Source: Dehalococcoides mccartyi (GTDB lineage: Bacteria; Chloroflexota; Dehalococcoidia; UBA2979). From it: a stretch of DNA of 64,000 nt. Each line of letters opens with the position of its first letter. The stretch's first letter is position 1. The DNA lies in contig CAMBFG010000006.1 in the NCBI GenBank assembly GCA_945865925.1, forward strand, positions 64,760 through 128,759, in the 5' to 3' direction. Below, in pieces: positions 57,801 to 64,000 of this stretch. The translations under genes and the position numbers were made by a program. Below the pieces are notes generated by a model. It had not been told where the DNA came from. It did no database searches and was given only the letters and a program-made list of their open reading frames with translations.

Positions 57801-57892
57801 TGGCGGAGGGGGAGGGATTCGAACCCTCGGTCCCGGAAACCCGAGACAAGCGCTTAGCAGGCGCCCGCACTCGACCACTATGCGACCCCTCC
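57801..57892 (-). tRNA. tRNA-Ser (anticodon GCU), class II with long variable arm, CCA encoded
   Basis: Reverse complement GGAGGGGTCGCATAGTGGTCGAGTGCGGGCGCCTGCTAAGCGCTTGTCTCGGGTTTCCGGGACCGAGGGTTCGAATCCCTCCCCCTCCGCCA folds as cloverleaf: 7-bp acceptor, anticodon loop CTGCTAA, T-loop TTCGAAT. Confidence 0.85.
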
Positions 57893-57989
57893 GAGGGCCA
57901 TGTAGGCATCCTACCGGGGGCGTCGGGATTGGGCGACAAAGACGAAGGGCCCTGCGAGGGGCCCCTCCTGACTGAGTACGAGGCGAGGG

Positions 57990-58871
57990 CTAGGCCAGCC
58001 CGCGGTCCTTCAGCACCTTCAGCATGGTGCTGCCGATGTCGCTCGGGTTCTCCACGATGGTGGCGCCGGCTTCGCGGAGCGCCTGCTGCTTCGCGGCAGC
58101 GGTGCCAGCGGCGCCGGCGATGATGGCGCCCGCGTGGCCCATCCGACGTCCCGGGGGGGCCGTCGCGCCGGCGATGAAGACGACCACGGGCTTCGACATC
58201 GTCTTGATGTACTCGGCGGCTTCTTGTTCGGCGGTGCCGCCGATCTCGCCGATGAGGACGATGGCGGCGGTGTCCGGGTCGGCCTCGAAGAGTTCGAGGG
58301 CCTTGCGCTGTGAGGTGCCGATGATCGGGTCACCCCCGACGCCGACGGAGCCGGACTGGCCGACGCCGACGCGGGTCAACTGATCGACGGCTTCGTAGAC
58401 GAGCGTGCCGGAGCGGCTGATCACGCCGACGTTGCCGGGGAGGTAGACGTCCACCGGCATGATGCCGGCACGGGACCGGGCAGCCGGGTTGATCACGCCG
58501 GGGCAGTTCGGCCCGATGAGCGTGGACTTCGAGCCGGAGAAGACGCGCTTCACCCGCACCATGTCGAGGACGGGGACGCCCTCGGTGATGCAGATGATTA
58601 CCGGGACGCCAGCGGCCTCCGCCTCCAGCATCGCGTCGGCCGCGCCGGGGGCGGGGACGAAGATCAGCGAGACGTTCGCCTGGAACTCGTCGACGGCTTC
58701 GCGCACGGTGTTACGGATCGGGACGCCGTCGATGGTCTGGCCGCCTCGGCCGGGGGTGACGCCACAGACGACCTGGGTGCCATAGTCACGGCTGTTCTTC
58801 GCTTCGCGCTGGCCGGCCGCGCCGAAGCCCTGGATCACGACGCGGCTGTTCTCGTCCATCAAGACGCCCAT
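57990..58871 (-). CDS. sucD: Succinyl-CoA ligase alpha subunit (start ATG 58871 with aaggag RBS)
   Basis: CoA-binding and ligase-CoA domains ([10 protein letters not shown]..., GHAGAIIAG). Confidence 0.9.
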   Translation of the reverse strand: MGVLMDENSRVVIQGFGAAGQREAKNSRDYGTQVVCGVTPGRGGQTIDGVPIRNTVREAVDEFQANVSLIFVPAPGAADAMLEAEAAGVPVIICITEGVPVLDMVRVKRVFSGSKSTLIGPNCPGVINPAARSRAGIMPVDVYLPGNVGVISRSGTLVYEAVDQLTRVGVGQSGSVGVGGDPIIGTSQRKALELFEADPDTAAIVLIGEIGGTAEQEAAEYIKTMSKPVVVFIAGATAPPGRRMGHAGAIIAGAAGTAAAKQQALREAGATIVENPSDIGSTMLKVLKDRGLA

Positions 58872-58920
58872 GGGGAGTCTCCTTCTCTGCTCGTACGGTT
58901 CGAGGTGCCCTCGGTGCTTG

Positions 58921-60081
58921 CTACTTGACGGCGGCGACGACGCGGCGCGCGGCGTCCGCGAAGCCGTCGGCGCGGATGAGTTCCACGGGCGAGGCATCGA
59001 GGATGCGCAGGCCCTCCTCGACGTTCGTGCCGGCGAGGCGGACGACGGTCGGCTGCGGGAGCAGGCCCTGCGTCTTGGCGTCGATGACGCCCTGGGCGAT
59101 GACGTCCGTGCGGGCGAGGCCGCCGAAGATATTGACGAGCACGGCCTTCACGTCCGGGTCCGTGCCGATGATGCGGAGTGCGGCGACGACGGCCTCGGGG
59201 CTGTTCGCGGTGCCGATGTCGAGGAAGTTGGCGGCGTCACCGCCGGCCATCTTGATCGCGTCGAGCGTGGCCATCGCGAGGCCCGCGCCGTTGACGAGGC
59301 AGCCGATGTTGCCATCGAGTTTCACGTAGTTCTGGATGCCCGCGTCGTGGGCTTCGAGTTCCTTCGCGGCTTCCTGCGAGCGGTCCTGCAACTCCATGTT
59401 CGCCTTCTGGCGGTAGGCCGCGGAGTCGTCGATGGAGAACTTCGCGTCGGCGGCGAGGACACGGCCGTCCTTCGTCAGCACGACCGGGTTGATCTCGGCG
59501 ATCGAGCCGTCGCTCGCCTCGAAGGCCTTCACGAGGCCCATGATCAGGACGACCATCGGCCCGAGGGTCGCGCCCTCGAAGCCACAGGCGAAGGCGAGTT
59601 CGCGCGCCTGGTAGTCGCGGAACCCGGCGGCCGGGTCGATGTGCTGCTTGAAGATCGCGTCCGGCGAGTCCGCGGCGACGGCCTCGATGTCCATGCCACC
59701 CTGTGGGCTGGCGATGACGACGGGCATCCCGGCGGAGTTGTCGATGGCGACCGAGAGGTACACCTCTTTGTCGATGTCGATCAGTTCTTCGACGAGGACG
59801 GAACCGACGGGCAGACCCTGCGGGCCCGTCTGGTGCGTCACCAACTGCATTCCGATGATCGCCGCCGCGTGCTGCTTCGCCTCGGCGGGGGTGTTCGCCA
59901 CCTTCACGCCGCCGGCCTTGCCTCGGGCGCCGGTGTGGGCCTGCGCCTTGATCACGGCCTTCCCGCCGAGGTCGGCGGTGGCCTTTTCGGCCTCCTCAGG
60001 CGTGCGCGCGACGATGCCCTTCGGCACCACCACCCCGTACTTCGCGAGCAGCGCCTTGGCCTGGTACTCGTGCAGTTTCAT
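58921..60081 (-). CDS. sucC: Succinyl-CoA ligase beta subunit (start ATG 60081)
   Basis: [25 protein letters not shown]-grasp start; track ORF upstream extension is spurious. Confidence 0.9.
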   Translation of the reverse strand: MKLHEYQAKALLAKYGVVVPKGIVARTPEEAEKATADLGGKAVIKAQAHTGARGKAGGVKVANTPAEAKQHAAAIIGMQLVTHQTGPQGLPVGSVLVEELIDIDKEVYLSVAIDNSAGMPVVIASPQGGMDIEAVAADSPDAIFKQHIDPAAGFRDYQARELAFACGFEGATLGPMVVLIMGLVKAFEASDGSIAEINPVVLTKDGRVLAADAKFSIDDSAAYRQKANMELQDRSQEAAKELEAHDAGIQNYVKLDGNIGCLVNGAGLAMATLDAIKMAGGDAANFLDIGTANSPEAVVAALRIIGTDPDVKAVLVNIFGGLARTDVIAQGVIDAKTQGLLPQPTVVRLAGTNVEEGLRILDASPVELIRADGFADAARRVVAAVK

Positions 60082-60238
60082 GGAGCCTCGATCCTGCGGT
60101 CGGAGGGCCCCGGCGCGGGGTCGGGCAGCCCTCGAAGGTTGCGGGGTGCGACATAAGGACGGGCCGCGAGGCGGCCCGACGGGGATGGTAGCACTGGAGC
60201 GGGTGAGGGCTAGGCTCTCGATAAGCGAGGAGTACCAA

Positions 60239-61018
60239 ATGAGCTTGTTGTTCACCATCGAGGCTGGCGCTGTCGGTGGGCTAGGTGCCATCCAGAGCGC
60301 GCAACGCGACTTCAGCCCGTATTTGATGCACCTAACGAGCTGGTCCTCGATGACGCCTGTCCGGAACGAATTGAGATCGCTGCAGCAAGCAGTCCCCTTC
60401 AGTGCCACATTGTTTAGGCAATATCTCGCGACCGCCGATAAGGACTCGCAAGGCGTATTCGATGCGATTCGGAATTCTGGTGCTCTCTCGGTTCGTCGTT
60501 TCAGTCCAGCACTTGCCCCTGCAGTGTGCCTCACGGAATGCACACTTCCTGGGCTATTGGATCATTCGGCGAGGTATGGCCGGTTCGGATTCCTTATCCC
60601 CAAGCAGCAGGTATTTGCTCGAGGAGGCGCGCCCGTAGCCTACCTAAAGGCGAATGAGCGATGGGATCTTGAGCAGGCCGGGCGCACGAATGGGATCCTT
60701 TCGACTCTGTGGAATCGGTCGAACGTGTATCGTCCACCGGGTCAAGGAGGAACCGTGCAGGACTACACGCATGAGCGAGAATGGCGCTGCCCGGTCGACA
60801 TACCAATGAACGATGTGGCCGCGTTTATTGTGCCTACGCCGGCGTTCGCGTTGCAGGTGAACGCAACGATCCCAGTCCTTCCGCTCACGCTGTTTATGAG
60901 CTTGGACTCTAGTGTCCGGAATCCCCTCGCTGGTGGTGATGTGCCATTAGACACTCCCTCACCCTTCGAACACCACGGCCCGCGTCTCCACCCCACCCGC
61001 GAGGAAGCCGAGGGCTAA
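60239..61018 (+). CDS. Hypothetical protein, 259 aa, lower-GC islet next to tRNA-Ser(UGA)
   Basis: ATG 60239 with strong gaggag RBS 8 nt upstream; GC ~55% by eye; contains HEREWRCP segment; no confident family assignment. Confidence 0.5.
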   Translation: MSLLFTIEAGAVGGLGAIQSAQRDFSPYLMHLTSWSSMTPVRNELRSLQQAVPFSATLFRQYLATADKDSQGVFDAIRNSGALSVRRFSPALAPAVCLTECTLPGLLDHSARYGRFGFLIPKQQVFARGGAPVAYLKANERWDLEQAGRTNGILSTLWNRSNVYRPPGQGGTVQDYTHEREWRCPVDIPMNDVAAFIVPTPAFALQVNATIPVLPLTLFMSLDSSVRNPLAGGDVPLDTPSPFEHHGPRLHPTREEAEG

Positions 61019-61150
61019 CCGTCCCTCGCACTCGACGGCGGTGCGGTCGCGCTTCGTCCAACCGGTGAACGGGATGACCTTGAGGGTGGCGGCCAAGGCT
61101 CGGCGTCTTTCGTTCGCCCTCCACGGGGGCCGCTCGTATTCTCCCATCAC

Positions 61151-61666
61151 ATGACCCGAATCCTTGTCGTTGGTGACACGCACGTCCGGCAATGGGACGA
61201 CGCACACCCCGCGTTGCGCGAGGCGATTCGTGGCGCCGATATCGCCATCCACTGCGGGGACTGGGTCACCATGGCGGCCGTCGAGGGGTTCCGGGCGGAG
61301 GCGCGGCAGGCGGTGGTGGTGCATGGGAACTCGGACTACGTCGAGGTGCGCAAGGCGCTGCCGTATCGCGAGATGATCGAGGTGGACGGGGTGCGCATCG
61401 GTGTCACGCATCCGGCGTGGGGCGGGCCGGAGCCGGACCCGCCGGCGCTGCTGCCGGACTTCCCCGCGGAGTTGTTCGGGCGCCTCGATGTTGTCGCGTA
61501 CGGGCACATCCACGTGCCGATGGACGAGGTGCGCGACGGGATGCAGTACGTGAACGGCGGGCAGGGGTACCCCTCGTTCCGCGTGCCGGGAACCATCGCG
61601 TGGATCGAGACGAAGCCGGGCGGGCTGTTCACCGTCAGCATCGAGACGTTCGCGGCGCTGTTGTAG
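61151..61666 (+). CDS. Metallophosphoesterase (YfcE/MJ0936-like phosphodiesterase)
   Basis: MPP motifs GDTH, GD, GNSD, GH.H (VVGDTHV, HCGDW, HGNSDY, YGHIHV). Confidence 0.75.
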   Translation: MTRILVVGDTHVRQWDDAHPALREAIRGADIAIHCGDWVTMAAVEGFRAEARQAVVVHGNSDYVEVRKALPYREMIEVDGVRIGVTHPAWGGPEPDPPALLPDFPAELFGRLDVVAYGHIHVPMDEVRDGMQYVNGGQGYPSFRVPGTIAWIETKPGGLFTVSIETFAALL

Positions 61667-61669
61667 GGG

Positions 61670-61885
61670 TCAGCGCGAGCGATTGCGGTGGCGCATCGCC
61701 CCACCGCCGCCACCCCCGCCCATCATCGATACGCCGAGGATGAAGCCGAACTGGTACCAACCGCCGTCACGGCCGACGTTGTAGACCGGGTAGCGCTCCC
61801 AGATGTCGAAAACATGCAGGATGAGCAGCCCGAACGACGTCACGCCGTTCCATACTCCCCACAGCACGTCCCAGAGCACATCCAT
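61670..61885 (-). CDS. Possible small Trp-rich membrane protein (71 aa)
   Basis: ORF track only; hydrophobic segment; poly-Gly tail; weak. Confidence 0.3.
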   Translation of the reverse strand: MDVLWDVLWGVWNGVTSFGLLILHVFDIWERYPVYNVGRDGGWYQFGFILGVSMMGGGGGGGAMRHRNRSR

Positions 61886-62005
61886 GCGGCAAGCCTAGTC
61901 CTCTTCGAGGGTAGCCCGGACGCCGGGCGCGCAGGCAGCCTCGAACTCGGGGGGACTCGTAGCCGACCGCTTCGGCGAGCGGCCTTGGTGTCGTATCTTC
62001 GACGA

Positions 62006-62093
62006 GGAGGGGTGCCGGAGTGGCCGAACGGATCCGTCTTGAAAACGGACGGCGCGCGAGTGCCCGTGGGTTCGAATCCCACCCCCTCCGCCA
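62006..62093 (+). tRNA. tRNA-Ser (anticodon UGA), class II, CCA encoded
   Basis: GGAGGGGTGCCGGAGTGGCCGAACGGATCCGTCTTGAAAACGGACGGCGCGCGAGTGCCCGTGGGTTCGAATCCCACCCCCTCCGCCA; anticodon loop CTTGAAA; same acceptor stem as the GCU isoacceptor. Confidence 0.9.
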
Positions 62094-62128
62094 TGGCCCT
62101 CAGGGCCTCCCGTCAGGTCGGAGGACGG

Positions 62129-62506
62129 ATGATGGTTGCCAGCGAAGGCTTTGCTGAGTTCCTGCGCGAGGAACTCGCTCCGCTTGGCCGCGTCACCATG
62201 CGGCGCATGTTCGGTAAGACCGGCGTGTTCTGCGACGGGCTGATGTTCGGGATGGTGACGAACGACACGCTCTACTTCCGGGTTGACGACGACAACCGGG
62301 CGATCTTCAAGGAAGCAGAATCCGTCCCGCCCCTCAACTACGAAAAGCAGGGCCGCACGATCGACCTCTCGTTTTGGCGTGCGCCGGAGCGGCTGCTCGA
62401 CGAACCCGATGAGCTGGTCAGGTGGGCGCAAGTCGCGCTGGCGGCGGCAGGTCGGGTAGCGGCGAAGCGAGAACGGACAGCGCCCAGGCGAAAGCCAGCT
62501 TCGTGA
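62129..62506 (+). CDS. TfoX/Sxy N-terminal-domain protein
   Basis: MRRMFGKTGVFCDGLMFGMVTNDTLYFRVD matches TfoX_N; ggagg RBS upstream of ATG 62129. Confidence 0.7.
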   Translation: MMVASEGFAEFLREELAPLGRVTMRRMFGKTGVFCDGLMFGMVTNDTLYFRVDDDNRAIFKEAESVPPLNYEKQGRTIDLSFWRAPERLLDEPDELVRWAQVALAAAGRVAAKRERTAPRRKPAS

Positions 62507-62550
62507 CTCGCGATCTGAGGCCTCAGCGAGCAGCCGAGGCCTGAGCGAGG

Positions 62551-62793
62551 CTAGCGAGGGCTGCGTCGCAGCGTCTGCGTCAGGACAACCGCCCACAGCG
62601 ACCACTGCAACAGCACCGAGACTGCGGTGAGCCAGAGGCGCAGGGTCAGGAACACCACGAAGAAGATCGCCAGCATCACGACGAGCGTCGCGGTCGTCGC
62701 GGCGGGCGGCTTCTCGGTCGCGCGGATCGCCGGGACGATCCCACCAGCGAGCACGAACCCACCCACGAAGAGCACGATGTCCTGCCAGGCCAC
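62551..62793 (-). CDS. Small two-TM membrane protein (80 aa)
   Basis: High GC3, two hydrophobic helices; no family assigned. Confidence 0.45.
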   Translation of the reverse strand: MAWQDIVLFVGGFVLAGGIVPAIRATEKPPAATTATLVVMLAIFFVVFLTLRLWLTAVSVLLQWSLWAVVLTQTLRRSPR

Positions 62794-62865
62794 CGGCGCC
62801 TCCGTCCTGCGCCTCGAATCATCGAGGGCGAGGCGGGGAGGCGCCAGCCGGCCCCTCGATGCGGC

Positions 62866-63015
62866 CTAGCGACCGGTGCGGTGGCGATGGATGGCCGAGG
62901 GGCCGTGCGGGCACGGTGGGCCGATGAGGTCCTTGAACAGTTCCTGCTCGATCCGGCAGTCGTCGCAGCGAGCCACGGTGACGCGCTGGCCGAGGTGTCT
63001 CAAGTCGTGAGGCAT
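62866..63015 (-). CDS. Small Cys-rich zinc-ribbon-like protein (49 aa)
   Basis: ATG 63015 preceded by GGAAGGAG RBS; CDDC...CPH pattern; opposite-strand ORF 62881..63138 has poorer GC3. Confidence 0.4.
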   Translation of the reverse strand: MPHDLRHLGQRVTVARCDDCRIEQELFKDLIGPPCPHGPSAIHRHRTGR

Positions 63016-63208
63016 ATGCGTGCTCCTTCCTGCGTTCCAGATTCGCCCTCGGGTGTGAACGCCCGATGTGGGTGCCGTGATCACCTCGTCAACGTTCGGA
63101 ATCTGACAGATATCCCTCGTGTCTCATTTCCTCGGTGAAACCCCGATTCAAGGTGCACATGCGCCCGACCGATAGTGCTGGGGAGACCCGCAGCAGGGAG
63201 GCGCGCGC

Positions 63209-64000
63209 GTGCTGAGCAGGACTGAGCCACACCCAGACATCGACGTGCTGATCGGCGAAATCTCCGACATGCAGCCGCTGCCGGTGGTCGCCGTCCGCGT
63301 CCTGGAGATCGCGGATGGCCAGCAGTTCTCCGCGCACGAACTGTCGCAGGCGATCGCCGCCGACCAGGCGCTGACCGCGAAGGTGCTGCGTCTCTCCAAC
63401 TCCGCTTACTACGGCTTCCCGAGGCGCATCACGACCGTCCGCGACGCCGTGGTGCTGCTCGGCTTCCGCGCGGTGCGTTCGGCCACGCTTGCCTCGTGCG
63501 TCATCGAAACCGTGCCAGGCGGCAAGGTGCTCGACCCGATGGAGGCGTGGCGGTACTCGATGGTGGTGGGGCTGCTGGCGGAGGTGCTGGCGCGTGCCTC
63601 GAAGCGCCACCAGGACGAGGCGTTCACGGCCGGCATCCTGCACAACATCGGACGGCTCGCGCTCGACCAGCACCGCCCGACGAAACTCGCCGAGGCGAAG
63701 CGCATCGCCGAGGAGCGTGGCATCACCGCCGCCGAGGCGGAGCACGAAGTCTTCGGCTTCACCTCCTCGCAGATGGGTGGGGCACTCGCCCTCCACTGGA
63801 ACTTCCCTGCCGACCTCGCCGCGGTCGTCGCAGGGCACCAGCTGGACCTGGACGCGCTGCCCGACCCGCAGTCGCTCTCGGCCTACGTCATCCGCGCCCG
63901 CTTCTTCGCGCGCGCGGCGGGCATCACGGACGGCTTCGAGTCCCCGCTCGCGGAGCACGGCTCCGACGTGTGGGCGGACGCCACCGTGCAGAAGCAGATG
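63209..64000 (+). CDS. HDOD-domain signalling protein (3' end outside window)
   Basis: GTG 63209 after cagggagg RBS; frame open to window end; VLRLSNSAYYGFPRRITTVRDAVVLLGF... HDOD signature; the minus-strand track ORF 63089..63958 is antisense to it. Confidence 0.8.
   Translation, partial: MLSRTEPHPDIDVLIGEISDMQPLPVVAVRVLEIADGQQFSAHELSQAIAADQALTAKVLRLSNSAYYGFPRRITTVRDAVVLLGFRAVRSATLASCVIETVPGGKVLDPMEAWRYSMVVGLLAEVLARASKRHQDEAFTAGILHNIGRLALDQHRPTKLAEAKRIAEERGITAAEAEHEVFGFTSSQMGGALALHWNFPADLAAVVAGHQLDLDALPDPQSLSAYVIRARFFARAAGITDGFESPLAEHGSDVWADATVQKQM

Noticed and set aside
60239-61018. Specific assignment of the low-GC hypothetical protein to DarT/DUF4433 or another named toxin family
   Set aside because: Only a short E-x-E-like segment and vague N-terminal similarity could be seen by eye. 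No adjacent macrodomain (DarG) gene. Kept as unassigned with the resemblance noted as speculation.
62881-63138. 85-aa plus-strand ORF
   Set aside because: Poor third-position GC compared with the overlapping minus-strand 49-aa ORF that has a strong GGAAGGAG RBS; the minus-strand gene is preferred
63089-63958. 289-aa minus-strand ORF
   Set aside because: Antisense to a clean HDOD-domain reading frame that starts at GTG 63209 with an RBS and stays open to the window end
1-64000. CRISPR arrays, transposases, integrases or prophage genes
   Set aside because: No direct-repeat/spacer periodicity and no recombinase-like ORFs were seen. The lower-GC islets are single-gene insertions without recognisable mobility genes.

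Overview
High-GC (~70% by eye) bacterial chromosomal segment, Terrabacteria-like (Actinobacteria- or Chloroflexi-type gene content), dense with housekeeping genes. In order:

- tyrS (partial) and recJ.
- A fab cluster (fabD plus two tandem fabF-type KAS II genes).
- nnr, acpS, folD, and prfB with its programmed +1 frameshift.
- A translationally coupled phosphatidylinositol/PIM-like lipid operon: ino1, two LPLAT acyltransferases, a PHP phosphoesterase, a GT4 PimA-like glycosyltransferase, a CDP-alcohol phosphatidyltransferase and a hypothetical protein, with a divergent LysR regulator.
- truB, rbfA, infB, ylxR and nusA.
- An HD-GYP protein and proS.
- ispG, rseP, dxr, cdsA, frr, tsf and rpsB.
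- dtd.
- A nadA/thioesterase/nadB/nadC/P-loop-kinase operon with an NrtR-like Nudix regulator nearby and a perfect palindromic operator candidate at the nadA start.
- A GT39 glycosyltransferase, miaB, sucCD, two tRNA-Ser genes (GCU and UGA) and an HDOD protein (partial).

Several short islets of clearly lower GC (~50-60% by eye) interrupt this backbone. The most striking is a 1.4-kb islet wedged between fabF and recJ that encodes a stand-alone group-II-intron-like reverse transcriptase with no intron RNA context, followed by a 178-nt repeat-rich spacer and a small ORF. Other lower-GC islets encode two lipoproteins and an unknown protein next to tRNA-Ser(UGA). No CRISPR arrays, transposases or integrases were seen. 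Hand-derived coordinates may be off by 1-2 nt.
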